51,436 nucleotides of DNA from Alphaproteobacteria bacterium (GCA_017618595.1 JAFZTZ010000032.1:1-51436), one strand, 5' to 3'; counted from the stretch's first letter, positions 26,783 through 36,685 are shown. Translations and numbers: made by a program. Notes: generated by a model not told the origin, from the letters alone.

Positions 26783-28312
26783 ATGGATACGAATTATACT
26801 GTTTTAGCACGAAAATATCGCAGTCAAGATTTTCAATCACTTATCGGTCAGGATGTTTTAGTAAAAACCCTTACCACCGCAATTAAAACGGGGCGTATTG
26901 CGCATGCGTATATTTTTACGGGTATTCGCGGAACTGGAAAAACCAGTACGGCGCGTATTTTGGCCAAGGCATTAAATTGTTTGTCATCTGATGGACCAAC
27001 GGCAACACCATGTGGAACATGTGAAAATTGTCGTGCAATTGCCGCGGGGCAACATATTGATGTTTTGGAAATCGACGCGGCATCACATACCGGCGTTGAT
27101 AATATGCGCGAAATATTAGATGCGGCGCAATATCGTCCAACAAACGGCCGGTACAAAGTTTATATAATCGACGAAGTTCATATGTTATCAACCAGCGCGT
27201 TTAACGCGTTGTTGAAAACATTGGAAGAACCACCGGCGCATGTTATATTTATCCTTGCAACAACCGAAATACGAAAAGTTCCTGTTACGATTTTGTCGCG
27301 CTGTCAAAGATTTGATTTGGTGCGCGTGCCGGTTGAAACATTAAAAAAACATTTTGCATGGATTGCCGAACAAGAAAAAGTAGAATTAACGGATGCGGCA
27401 AATGAATTATTGGCGCGTGCCGCCGATGGTTCGGTGCGTGATGGTCTGTCTTTGCTTGACCAGGCAATTGCGCAAACTGGCGGCCATGTTGATGAAACCG
27501 CTGTTATGGATATGTTGAAACGCGCCGACCGTGGTGTTGTTGTGGACTTTATGCAAACAATATTGTCGGGTAATGTTGCAACCGCCATGGCCAAGGCAGA
27601 TGAAATTTATACCAATGGTGCCGATTTAACGATGTTGCTGACCGATATGATGGAATGGACACATTGGGCAACGCGTATGCACCCGGTTCTGCACATTGGC
27701 GAAAGTGATAATATTCCATATACCGCCGACCAACGTGCGCGTATAAATGAAATAAATAAACATGTGTCATTGAATACACTTTCGCGTATATGGCAGGTTA
27801 TGGTTGCCTCTGTTCCAGAAATGGCGGCGGCAACAAATCAAAAACAATGTTTCGATATGTTGATAATTCGCCTGATGCATATTGCTGATATGCCACCAAT
27901 TAGCGAAATGGTAAAAAATGAAAAGGTATCAACCCCAAATGTTGCGGCGCCTGTTGCACCGAAACCTGCGAGCATAGAAATTAAAACCGCAAATGATTTG
28001 GCGGACCTGTTGAAAGATGCACGTGAAATAATGCTATATTCCTATTTTACCAAGAATATAGAGGTATCAAGTATTACGGGCAAATGCATATCATATTTTG
28101 ATCGTGGCAATGACCCAGAATTCCAAAAGAAATTGGTTGTTTGGTTAAAAGACAAAACAAATGACAATTGGGAATTAAACAAAATCGAAGAATCACATCA
28201 AAATCAAACTGTGCGTGAACAAATTGAAACCGATGTGGAATCAGACCCGATGGTTGCGGACGCAATGTCTTTGTTCGAAGGTGCCGAAATCGTTGGTATA
28301 TCAAAGCAATAA
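26783..28312 (+). CDS. dnaX: DNA polymerase III subunit gamma/tau
   Basis: LARKYRSQDFQSLIGQD, Walker A GIRGTGKTSTARILAK, Zn module CGTCENC, and DEVHMLS. I chose the ATG at 26783 with RBS AAGGAAG. Confidence 0.95.
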   Translation: MDTNYTVLARKYRSQDFQSLIGQDVLVKTLTTAIKTGRIAHAYIFTGIRGTGKTSTARILAKALNCLSSDGPTATPCGTCENCRAIAAGQHIDVLEIDAASHTGVDNMREILDAAQYRPTNGRYKVYIIDEVHMLSTSAFNALLKTLEEPPAHVIFILATTEIRKVPVTILSRCQRFDLVRVPVETLKKHFAWIAEQEKVELTDAANELLARAADGSVRDGLSLLDQAIAQTGGHVDETAVMDMLKRADRGVVVDFMQTILSGNVATAMAKADEIYTNGADLTMLLTDMMEWTHWATRMHPVLHIGESDNIPYTADQRARINEINKHVSLNTLSRIWQVMVASVPEMAAATNQKQCFDMLIIRLMHIADMPPISEMVKNEKVSTPNVAAPVAPKPASIEIKTANDLADLLKDAREIMLYSYFTKNIEVSSITGKCISYFDRGNDPEFQKKLVVWLKDKTNDNWELNKIEESHQNQTVREQIETDVESDPMVADAMSLFEGAEIVGISKQ

Positions 28313-28330
28313 AATTTTCGGGGGGATGAA

Positions 28331-28789
28331 ATGAGAACAGAATACGGCAGAAGTTTAATTGAATTGGTTGGTGTGTTGGCCATAACCGGTGTTATGACGG
28401 CAAGTGCAATCGCACTATATAATTCCATTCGGCATAATCAGCAAAATACTATTGCCGCCGCAACATTGCGCGAAGTCGCCCAGAAATCAAATTTGCTGAT
28501 GGGAATGCGTGGCGATTACACCGGGATATCTGTTGAATATTTGATTAAAAGCGGGGTTTTGAAAACAGATGCGGCGCCAATTGGCAGAACCTGGTCGGTG
28601 GATCCGGGGTCAATTGATTTGGCAACATTTGAAATTAAATTGCATGGGCTGACGCATGGGGAATGTGATTTCTTTGCGGCGGCATTGCCGGCATGGGCCG
28701 AGGCAATGATAGTTAATGGCATACCATCCACAGAATATGTGCAATGTATTTCCGCACCAGAAAATGATATAACTTTCATCGCAAGGTAA
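28331..28789 (+). CDS. Type IV pilin-like protein (prepilin-type N-terminus, C-terminal disulfide pair)
   Basis: Leader MRTEYG followed by RSLIELVGVLAITGVMTASAIALY, with Glu at +5. Two C-terminal Cys (GECDFF...YVQCISAP) match a pilin D-region. 152 aa. RBS GGGGGGA. It starts 18 nt after the dnaX stop. Confidence 0.7.
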   Translation: MRTEYGRSLIELVGVLAITGVMTASAIALYNSIRHNQQNTIAAATLREVAQKSNLLMGMRGDYTGISVEYLIKSGVLKTDAAPIGRTWSVDPGSIDLATFEIKLHGLTHGECDFFAAALPAWAEAMIVNGIPSTEYVQCISAPENDITFIAR

Positions 28790-28791
28790 TA

Positions 28792-29466
28792 ATGAAGAAC
28801 AAAATTTTATCTTTGTTGTGTGTGTTGTTGGTGGCGTGTGCACAATATAAAAGTCCTGAACGTTCCACATGGCCGACATACCTGCACGGCGTCAGTTTTA
28901 CAGACATGAGTGAAAGCGCAAGAATTGCCAAGAAACCAATATATCTTGGTGCGGGTGGCCGTACGGTTGTTGATGCGGTTGGAAACAGACCCGAATTAGA
29001 TTATGGTAATAAATCACAAAACGAAGCGGCGGCTAGTGTTGGGTATATGTCAGAATTAGAATATAAATTATACGATGCATTGCGCCGCCCAGGCGTATCA
29101 GTTCAGCGTGCCGGCACAGATGTTGTTATTATATTGGTGCGCGACGCGATTATGGAACTGAACGCACCAGAAATATCGGCTGGGGGGGATGAAAACCTTG
29201 GCGATATTGTGGATATTTTAAAGAAATATGATGCAACATTTATTGAAATTGCGGGCTATACAGATTCTATGCGCGATTCAACCGCGGCGCACGCGTTATC
29301 ATTGGATATGGCAGAACGTGTTGCGGTGTATATGGCGCAACACAAGATAAATCAGTCGCGTATGTTCGTTGTTGGACGCGGTGCGGCCCGTCCAATTGCC
29401 GCCCAAGATGAATGGGGGCGCCTGACCAATCGGCGCGTAGAAATAAGAATAACACCGGTGCGGTAA
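28792..29466 (+). CDS. OmpA/MotB-domain lipoprotein
   Basis: Lipobox LLVAC. C-terminal OmpA-like domain IEIAGYTDSMRDSTAAHALSLDMAERVAVYM...GRGAARPIA...NRRVEIRI. It starts 2 nt after the pilin-like gene. Confidence 0.8.
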   Translation: MKNKILSLLCVLLVACAQYKSPERSTWPTYLHGVSFTDMSESARIAKKPIYLGAGGRTVVDAVGNRPELDYGNKSQNEAAASVGYMSELEYKLYDALRRPGVSVQRAGTDVVIILVRDAIMELNAPEISAGGDENLGDIVDILKKYDATFIEIAGYTDSMRDSTAAHALSLDMAERVAVYMAQHKINQSRMFVVGRGAARPIAAQDEWGRLTNRRVEIRITPVR

Positions 29467-29544
29467 TTCTTGATAACTTTCTCTTTTATTTTATGATTTT
29501 TATTGCTATAGTAATCACGTCAACAAAACAAAAAGGATGAAAAC

Positions 29545-30198
29545 ATGGCAGAAACAAAACAAACAAATGTAAAAAATTATGCAAAAATCGGGATTGTTGC
29601 TGCGGTTGTGGTGGTAATCGCGATTATTGGTGTGTTCGCATTGCGTCGTGGCGGCAGCGAAGTTAGCGCAGCCGAAGCGGTCAAACAAGTATCCGCAGAT
29701 GCGGTTAGTGGCGCAGATTTGCGTATGGCTGTTATCCGCATGGATGCAATACAAACAGATGCCAAGGCATTAAAAGACCTGCGTAAACAAAAAGAAAATT
29801 ACGAAGAAAAATTGCGTAATGATTTAGAAAAACAACAAAAGGCATTAGAAAAAGAAAAAGCCGAAATTGAAAAATCACAAGATGTTCTGTCACGTGAAGC
29901 ATTGCAACGTCGTGTTGTCGCATATCAAGGCAAGGTTACAAAATTGCAACGTGATTTGGCAGAACGCGCCCAGGCAATAGATGAATCTTTCCAAAAAGCG
30001 TTGGCAACAATTCAAGAAAAACACTTGGATCCAGTTATCGGTGCAATAATTGAAAAAAAGAATTTGTCTTTGATTATTGATGGCCGTTTCGCGCGTACAG
30101 GTGGCAATGTCGAAAATCTTGATATCACCGCAGATGTAATCAACGCGTTGGATAAAAAGGTTTCTACATTTAAAATGGAAAAACCAAAAAGTTTTTAA
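29545..30198 (+). CDS. skp: OmpH/Skp-family periplasmic chaperone
   Basis: N-terminal hydrophobic segment, then a long Lys/Glu/Gln-rich coiled-coil. It sits in the conserved position upstream of lpxD-fabZ. Confidence 0.75.
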   Translation: MAETKQTNVKNYAKIGIVAAVVVVIAIIGVFALRRGGSEVSAAEAVKQVSADAVSGADLRMAVIRMDAIQTDAKALKDLRKQKENYEEKLRNDLEKQQKALEKEKAEIEKSQDVLSREALQRRVVAYQGKVTKLQRDLAERAQAIDESFQKALATIQEKHLDPVIGAIIEKKNLSLIIDGRFARTGGNVENLDITADVINALDKKVSTFKMEKPKSF

Positions 30199-30217
30199 TT
30201 AAAAAACCGAAATAAAT

Positions 30218-30247
30218 AAAAAACGGTTGCGATGCAACCGTTTTTTT
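30218..30247 (+). terminator. Intrinsic terminator after skp
   Basis: Hairpin CGGTTGC-gat-GCAACCG followed by TTTTTTT. Confidence 0.8.
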
Positions 30248-30297
30248 GTATGCTAATTTCCACTTTAAATTTAATTTTTTTGGTTTATAATGCGACT

Positions 30298-31344
30298 ATG
30301 TTAAATATAATTAAATCTTTATTTGGACCACGGGCCACGAAAATGACCGCTGGTGAAATCGCCAAAAAATTTGGCTTGGAATTACGTGGAAATGCTGACA
30401 CAGCGGTTTCGGGGGTTGCACCTATTGCAGATGCGCGCCCTGGACAGATTGCGTTTTATTCTACGGAGCAAAACAGTAACGCATTTAAAATATTGCCAGT
30501 ATCGGTGTTGGAAAATACGCGTGCATCGGTGATTTTATTGCAACCAGAAATGGCATCGCATGCTCCATCGGGTGCAACATTGTTGGTTTGTGCCAGTCCG
30601 CGTGGTGAAATCGTAAAAATTTTGGGCGAAATATATCGTGAACCGCCGCGTCGAGGTGTGTCATTGGATGCGTTTGTGGAACGTGGTGTGTTCTTTCGTA
30701 ATCGGCGCAGCGTTTATGTTGGGCAATTCGCGACAATTGAACGCGGTGCGGTAATCGAACCAGATGTGAAAATATACCCAAACGCATATATCGGAAAAAA
30801 TGTTACAATAGGTCGTGGAACAATTGTTTATTCTGGGGCGCATATTGAAAACGCAACAATTGGTGCCGAATGTGTAATTCATAATGGGGCATCTATTGGT
30901 AAAGATGGTTTCGGTTACACGCGCCAGGACGGACATAATGTTTTCATCCCACATGTTGGACGCGTTGTGTTGGGGGATCGTGTTTCGGTTGGTGCAAACA
31001 CATGTATAGATAGGGGGGCGCTGACAGATACAACCGTTGGTGATGGTACCAAGATAGATAATTTATGTCAAATTGCACATGGTGTTGTAATTGGTAAAGA
31101 ATGTTTCTTGGCGTCGGGTGTCGGAATTGCCGGTGGTGTTAAGGTTGGCGACAGGGCATTACTGGCCGGACATGTTGGCATTGCAAACGGTGTTAAGATT
31201 GGAAACGATGCCGAAATTGGTGCAAATAGTGGTGTATTCCGTGATGTTCCCGATGGGGCGCGTCATATGGGATATCCTGCGGCACCTGGAACCGAATTTT
31301 TGCGTCATTATGCGTGGGTAAAAAAACACATGAATCAGGATTAA
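30298..31344 (+). CDS. lpxD: UDP-3-O-acylglucosamine N-acyltransferase
   Basis: N-terminal region [38 protein letters not shown], then left-handed beta-helix hexapeptide repeats. The track start at 30232 lies inside the skp terminator. An alternative ATG is at 30343. Confidence 0.9.
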   Translation: MLNIIKSLFGPRATKMTAGEIAKKFGLELRGNADTAVSGVAPIADARPGQIAFYSTEQNSNAFKILPVSVLENTRASVILLQPEMASHAPSGATLLVCASPRGEIVKILGEIYREPPRRGVSLDAFVERGVFFRNRRSVYVGQFATIERGAVIEPDVKIYPNAYIGKNVTIGRGTIVYSGAHIENATIGAECVIHNGASIGKDGFGYTRQDGHNVFIPHVGRVVLGDRVSVGANTCIDRGALTDTTVGDGTKIDNLCQIAHGVVIGKECFLASGVGIAGGVKVGDRALLAGHVGIANGVKIGNDAEIGANSGVFRDVPDGARHMGYPAAPGTEFLRHYAWVKKHMNQD

Positions 31345-31355
31345 AGAGGGTAAAA

Positions 31356-31796
31356 ATGATTGATGCAAAAGGTATCGAAAATGCTATACCGCATCGTGGA
31401 GACATGCGGTTAATAGATGAAATTCGTGAATATACAGATAAAACGGCCGTTGGGATAAAATATGTCCGCGATAATGAATTTTGGTGCGCAGGGCATTTCC
31501 CGGCAAAATCTATTATGCCCGGCGTTTTGATTATAGAGGCATTGGCGCAAACGGCGTGTTTTATGGTAATGAAAGCGACCGGAAATAATAATGGTAAAAT
31601 GCTGGGGTATTTTGTGTCTATTGAAAGCGCGCGTTTCGCCAAGATGGTTGTTCCAGGGGATACATTGGAATTACATATTGAAGAAACAGCATCAAAAATG
31701 AAGCTACATAAATTTGTTGGTAATGCGTTCGTAAATGGTGTGCGTGTCGCATCGGCATCGTTTTCGGCGATAATGGATGATAATCCACAATTATAA
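31356..31796 (+). CDS. fabZ: 3-hydroxyacyl-ACP dehydratase FabZ
   Basis: IPHRGDMRLIDEI...GHFPAKSIMPGVLIIEALAQ. RBS AAGAGGG lies upstream of the ATG at 31356. Confidence 0.93.
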   Translation: MIDAKGIENAIPHRGDMRLIDEIREYTDKTAVGIKYVRDNEFWCAGHFPAKSIMPGVLIIEALAQTACFMVMKATGNNNGKMLGYFVSIESARFAKMVVPGDTLELHIEETASKMKLHKFVGNAFVNGVRVASASFSAIMDDNPQL

Positions 31797-31823
31797 AAAA
31801 ATGCCCGTTTGGGCATTTTTTTA
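31795..31823. terminator. Bidirectional intrinsic terminator
   Basis: Hairpin ATGCCC-gttt-GGGCAT flanked by an A-run and a T-run, between convergent genes. Confidence 0.8.
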
Positions 31824-31841
31824 TTTTATATTATAATCAAC

Positions 31842-32459
31842 CTACCATGTTGGTGCATGGTCGCCTTCTTTGACGATTGGTTGTTCATCTTCCCATACCG
31901 ACAACCCAGTTTTTACATCACTTAATGTCAATTGCAGGTAATATTCAACACGTGTATCCACGGACGAGAACCATCCAGATTGTAATTTCAAATTGCGTTG
32001 AATCATTTTACCAGTTAGCGACATATTTGGTGCAACCAATGTTCCGGTGCCCGCAATTGTGGACGCATCGTATTCGGCATTGCCGCGGGTATTACGCACC
32101 GCGTGCGTTGTTTCATCTTCGGCAGATTTATTGTTTCTGAATCCTGTGGTAACCTGGGCACGACCAGAATTTACTAATGTCTTGCGAATCTTTTTAATCA
32201 GGATATCTGTATCAAAACGTTGCATAGTATCGTTTTGAATTTCGCCAATTGCGATAACCGGATTTTTAATACGCGCAAATGCGCCGCTGGCCAACATAGA
32301 ATTGGTCATTTTTTCGGCGGTTGCGGTCCAGTCACGATATTCCAGTTCCATAACATTTTGCATTTCTGCGACTTCTTTGGAATTGTCCAGGTCAACAACC
32401 GTTGTTTCCCCGCAACCGCAAAGAACGGCGCATAATGCGATTGGTAATAATTTCTTCAT
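31842..32459 (-). CDS. LpoB/YcfM-like lipoprotein (COG3417-type)
   Basis: Lipobox VLCGC. YRDWTATAEKMTNSMLASG...VIAIGEIQNDT...IRKTLVNSG...EYYLQLTLSDVKTGLSVWE parallels the E. coli LpoB layout (YDW...M...ML, N-x-T, L-x-L-x-D-x-x-TGE-x-x-W). Confidence 0.6.
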   Translation of the reverse strand: MKKLLPIALCAVLCGCGETTVVDLDNSKEVAEMQNVMELEYRDWTATAEKMTNSMLASGAFARIKNPVIAIGEIQNDTMQRFDTDILIKKIRKTLVNSGRAQVTTGFRNNKSAEDETTHAVRNTRGNAEYDASTIAGTGTLVAPNMSLTGKMIQRNLKLQSGWFSSVDTRVEYYLQLTLSDVKTGLSVWEDEQPIVKEGDHAPTW

Positions 32460-32470
32460 ATTTTCCCCCT

Positions 32471-33700
32471 TTATTTAAGTTTCATTTGTTTTATATCGTA
32501 TTTATTTGGTGTGGTGCGAACATATACCAAATAATTTCCATCCGTTCCAATAGATATCTGTTTTATAACATTACCATTTGAACGCAATTCTATCAAGCCA
32601 CTTTTGGTAATAGGTGCACGCATCACAGATATTGTTTTGGGTAATGTTGCCCATGTGCGCACTTCGGCACTATTGGTGAATTCAGAATAAATTGTAGACA
32701 TTAGACCAAAGAGTGGCGCCGCGTCAGAATGTGAATTATAAAGTGATGATTGTAATACAACACGTGATGCCGCAGATGTAAATGCGCGCAGCGCATCATT
32801 GGTGCGATACTCACTATATTCTGTTATAAACATGGCATCAACATCGGCCAATAATTCTGCGCCGTCAAATTTGACATATGATTCCAGAAATTGTGGTTCA
32901 GAAATCGCAACTGTAACCATTGTTGTCCCATTACCAGATGCGACTGGTAAAGTTATTCTTTTTTCGGTTAATTTTGGTGCAAAACCATCTTCGATAAAAA
33001 CCCAAACGGTATTTTGTGGCCTTTGTTTTGATTCGGCCAATTTTAAATCACGTGCAATGAAACTGTTGTTTGGCATCATACCATTTGCACGATTCAGATA
33101 TGTTTTCGCATCTGCAAAATCGCCGTTATTCAAAAAGTATATGCCTGATAAATACATCAATGCCGGATTCATAATATCACGATATGCCACCCATTGTTCA
33201 TTTTTTAATGTTTTGGCAATTTCACTATTGGATATCTTGGTTTGATTTGATTCAATCAGTTCTTGGTATGCACGCGACATATCTTGTTGGCGCGCATATG
33301 ATTGGTTTATTATCACGCGCGCATCATTCCAACGTGCATCAGAAATGGCCGCCCACAACTGATAGTACGAAACAAACAAAGAATCCATCATATATGGTCG
33401 ATAATCGTTCGCATTTGCCCCCAGAGTTAGTGTTGTTGCTTCGCGCAGTAAATCGCCGCCAGTAGTGCTTAAATTGCGTTTATTAAATGTTTCATATGCG
33501 TTATCGGCCGCCGATATGTCATCATTATGGAATAGGGCATCCGCCGTCAATAATAAATCCAGGTTATTTTTATCTTGGAATTCGGTATCGGGGCTGGTCG
33601 TCATATAATTATTGCGAACATCGTCAAGGTGCGATTCAACGGTCGCGCTGCATCCGCATAACACAAACGCAATGGTCAAAAAAAACGATACTTTACGCAT
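32471..33700 (-). CDS. Lipoprotein of unknown function (TPR-like N-terminal half)
   Basis: Lipobox FVLCGC. 409 aa. It starts 3 nt after the upstream coupling-protein gene and ends 11 nt before the LpoB-like gene. I recall a resemblance to the lipoproteins that accompany LpoB-like genes (COG3014), but this is unverified. Confidence 0.45.
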   Translation of the reverse strand: MRKVSFFLTIAFVLCGCSATVESHLDDVRNNYMTTSPDTEFQDKNNLDLLLTADALFHNDDISAADNAYETFNKRNLSTTGGDLLREATTLTLGANANDYRPYMMDSLFVSYYQLWAAISDARWNDARVIINQSYARQQDMSRAYQELIESNQTKISNSEIAKTLKNEQWVAYRDIMNPALMYLSGIYFLNNGDFADAKTYLNRANGMMPNNSFIARDLKLAESKQRPQNTVWVFIEDGFAPKLTEKRITLPVASGNGTTMVTVAISEPQFLESYVKFDGAELLADVDAMFITEYSEYRTNDALRAFTSAASRVVLQSSLYNSHSDAAPLFGLMSTIYSEFTNSAEVRTWATLPKTISVMRAPITKSGLIELRSNGNVIKQISIGTDGNYLVYVRTTPNKYDIKQMKLK

Positions 33701-33703
33701 AAT

Positions 33704-35962
33704 TTATAATGTTACCGGTGTCAAATCTTTTAATTCATTTTTCTGTGGGTTATAGTACCGCGGTATGCCGGCATATTCCAATGTTGCGTGGTGCAACGGT
33801 ATAAGGAACTCTGGCAACGGCGAAGACCGTCCCATCTTGATATATTCCGCCATTTTTGGATCGCTAAATGCCATGCGCATTTCTGCCTTGATTGGACGAT
33901 GATAATATCCTTCGTACAGAACGACAGCTTCGGCCGGTTTGCCACCTACGGTTGTTTTTAATTTCATTAAATCAAATTCACTAAATACCGGTTCTTCGGT
34001 TTTTTCTTTTGTTTCTGTTTCTTTGCCATCTGGGCCTTTGGTCTTTTTCTTTTCAAACTTGATTTTTGGTGGAATCATTTTGGCAAAACGCGTTGCGGTA
34101 TCGGTTTCATTTTGACGGAACACAATCTTTGCCGCGGTCGTAGACAGAATTGTTGATGCGGCGTCTGGACCATACTTTTCTTGAATCTGGTGCAAGTCCT
34201 GACCAATGAACAGGTATGATATCTTTTGACTACGACCGACGTCGGGCCCTTGGATAACGGCCTGCATCTTTTGCATTTTCGGCATTTCATCAAGCAAGAA
34301 TAACACCGGATACGGCCCCATTTTTTCGCCGCTGCGTCCAACCGCCCCTGGTGGATTAGCCAGCAAGAAATTAGACATCGTTTCAATAAACATAGATGAA
34401 ATCGGGCTTAACGCCTTGGCGTCAACAACATTAACAGACAGGTATACTGTTACCGGTTTCATTTTGCCATCACGTGGGTCAATCATTCCACGCATATCGC
34501 AGAAATGAAAATCTGAATGACTTGTTCTGTTACGGACGGCGGCGTTACGGAATATACCCAAACCAGTCAAAATTGTTGAAATAATAGATCCGCGTTCGGT
34601 TGATGGTGTGTTGGCAAGTTTTGTTAATTCTGCGATGGCACGGTTTGAATATGCAAATGAACGGCTTTCATTAACCGCACCTTCCAGCCAGTCTTTCATT
34701 GGATCCGCCATCATAACGGTCTGATCGCCTTGTTTTTGACGTTCTGCCAAATCTTGGGCGACGGCAATTTGTGCCTCGGTAATCCAATCAAGCATCATGG
34801 AAAAAGATGCCTCTTTACCAAGCCACGCCTGTGGGATATTTGCCCATGTTCCGATGTGAACATAATTCATGGCGTTTAATTCACCGTTGCGAATAAGGCC
34901 AATTGCCGCAAACGCATTTGGGTCATTTATCATTGAAAAGTAATAGTCCGATAAAACCGCGCCATCGTCCGCATCAAATGTACCAGATTGCAGCCGACCA
35001 TAGAAATAATCATCGGCCTTGGCGCGTTCTATTTTTGACACAATAAATTGCACAAACCCGGCCAGACCAGCACGACCTGCTTGAGTCCAGTGCGGGTCGG
35101 CACTGCTGCCGACGGCATCGGGGACCAAAACATCACAGATATAGTCGACATACAATTCACGTTGTTCGGTACTAAACGGAATGTGCCCTGGTGACAACGG
35201 ATTCCACGATGGATAATAAATGCCCTTTTCTGGTTCGTCTTGTCCCGCCCAGTTCATAATGAACACCGGCCCAACCTTTTCGGAACGATAACCACTAGAT
35301 GCCGAGTCAATTTCAGGTTTCGGGTCGTTTATAATCATTGAAACATCAGGGCATTCAAAAATCGTTGGCAACACGATACCCTGGGTTTTACCAGTCCCGG
35401 GGGGCGCCAAACACAAAACAGATGTCGTTTTTGGTAATTTTAATGGTTTTTTCTTAAAATACCCAAGCAACAATATGTTTCCATCAAATAGTCCCATTTC
35501 TTTGACATCTTTTTCGGTTGCTTCGCGCCCGGAACGTTTATCAAATTCATCCTTGCCGTTGGGATTAAATTCCTTGGTTAATGTGCTGTCTGTTAATATG
35601 AAAAATGCAATAGCCGGTAAAAATGGTACGATGCACGGAATGTCCGGATGCATAACGCAACGCCAAATCCAATACGGAATTTCCGCAACCACCGACAGCC
35701 CCGCCGATGATAACACATTGTTTAAATAAATCTTCATCCAAACCGCCGTTGCGGGTGACCAACCATACCGCCAAATATGTTCAATAATAAACGATATGCC
35801 AAATACGACCGCACACACCAACCACACCGCAATGGTCCACCGCAATATCCAAAAGGTTTGCGCCATTGGGGCCTGTTCGTGTTCCTTGTAAGAAGTGGAT
35901 TTGAAAATATTCAAACCCTTACTATCTTTACCCACAGATAAAATCTTGAACTTTTCTGCCAT
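33704..35962 (-). CDS. Type IV secretion coupling protein, VirD4/TraG family ATPase
   Basis: 752 aa. N-terminal TM segments (FWILRWTIAVWLVCAVVFGISFII; IVPFLPAIAFFILT). Walker A LAPPGTGKTQGIVLPT, Walker B VLFLLDEMPKMQKM, and LFIGQDLHQIQEKYG. I chose the ATG at 35962 (MAEKFKIL). Confidence 0.8.
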   Translation of the reverse strand: MAEKFKILSVGKDSKGLNIFKSTSYKEHEQAPMAQTFWILRWTIAVWLVCAVVFGISFIIEHIWRYGWSPATAVWMKIYLNNVLSSAGLSVVAEIPYWIWRCVMHPDIPCIVPFLPAIAFFILTDSTLTKEFNPNGKDEFDKRSGREATEKDVKEMGLFDGNILLLGYFKKKPLKLPKTTSVLCLAPPGTGKTQGIVLPTIFECPDVSMIINDPKPEIDSASSGYRSEKVGPVFIMNWAGQDEPEKGIYYPSWNPLSPGHIPFSTEQRELYVDYICDVLVPDAVGSSADPHWTQAGRAGLAGFVQFIVSKIERAKADDYFYGRLQSGTFDADDGAVLSDYYFSMINDPNAFAAIGLIRNGELNAMNYVHIGTWANIPQAWLGKEASFSMMLDWITEAQIAVAQDLAERQKQGDQTVMMADPMKDWLEGAVNESRSFAYSNRAIAELTKLANTPSTERGSIISTILTGLGIFRNAAVRNRTSHSDFHFCDMRGMIDPRDGKMKPVTVYLSVNVVDAKALSPISSMFIETMSNFLLANPPGAVGRSGEKMGPYPVLFLLDEMPKMQKMQAVIQGPDVGRSQKISYLFIGQDLHQIQEKYGPDAASTILSTTAAKIVFRQNETDTATRFAKMIPPKIKFEKKKTKGPDGKETETKEKTEEPVFSEFDLMKLKTTVGGKPAEAVVLYEGYYHRPIKAEMRMAFSDPKMAEYIKMGRSSPLPEFLIPLHHATLEYAGIPRYYNPQKNELKDLTPVTL

Positions 35963-36019
35963 CGTGTTATGATTATACCAGAAAAAACAAAATTTATAAA
36001 GCAAGGAAATAAGATTTTA

Positions 36020-36685
36020 ATGAAAAATATTCCAAGAATTTTTGCTGGTGAAAATGTGGCATCTGGTGACGTTATTATTGCATCGCGCGATATTGCGCAC
36101 TATTTATCGCATGTTATGCGCACAGACGAATGTTTGGTGTTTGGTGGTGGAAATGAATTTTCGGCTGTGCTGTCGGCGGATGGAAAAAATATTATTGTCG
36201 GCGACAAAACAAACCATCCGGATCCATCTTATGATATTACACTTTATTTTGCACCGATTAAACGCACCGACGATTTAATAAATATGGCAACCCAGATGGG
36301 TGTTGCGCGTCTGCAACCGGTTATTACCGAACGGACGGTGAACAATCATGTGAATTGGGAACGTATGAAAAAAATAGCAATTGAGGCAGCAGAACAATCA
36401 AATCGCAATAGTGTGCCGGAAATTTCCGCGCCAATATTGTTTGATAAATTAAATTTACCGGGACTATGTTTTGCCGATGAACGTTTTGCGTACGGGGATA
36501 AAAATCCAGATACAAATACTGCCCCAGATAATGCACGTGGAATTTTGGTCGGTCCCGAAGGCGGTTTTTCGGATAAAGAATTTGCTGCGATGGATGCCGC
36601 GGGTGCAATTCCGTTGTCATTGGGCAAAACAATTTTGCGCGCCGAAGTTGCAGCCGTAATTGCCATTGAAAAGATAAAAAAATGA
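36020..36685 (+). CDS. rsmE: 16S rRNA (uracil1498-N3)-methyltransferase RsmE
   Basis: MKNIPRIFAG...HYLSHVMR at the N-terminus and GPEGGFSDKEF...LGKTILRAEVAA at the C-terminus (SPOUT fold). Confidence 0.85.
   Translation: MKNIPRIFAGENVASGDVIIASRDIAHYLSHVMRTDECLVFGGGNEFSAVLSADGKNIIVGDKTNHPDPSYDITLYFAPIKRTDDLINMATQMGVARLQPVITERTVNNHVNWERMKKIAIEAAEQSNRNSVPEISAPILFDKLNLPGLCFADERFAYGDKNPDTNTAPDNARGILVGPEGGFSDKEFAAMDAAGAIPLSLGKTILRAEVAAVIAIEKIKK

Noticed and set aside
27341-27350. The A-run TTAAAAAAAC inside dnaX as a programmed -1 frameshift site for gamma-subunit production.
   Set aside because: It lies at about codon 187, inside the ATPase/clamp-loader core, far upstream of where the E. coli tau/gamma frameshift occurs. 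I saw no downstream stimulatory hairpin.
30232-30297. The longest-ORF start for lpxD at 30232.
   Set aside because: That start codon lies inside the skp terminator hairpin and T-run. The ATG at 30298 gives an N-terminus that matches my recollection of alphaproteobacterial LpxD N-terminal extensions.
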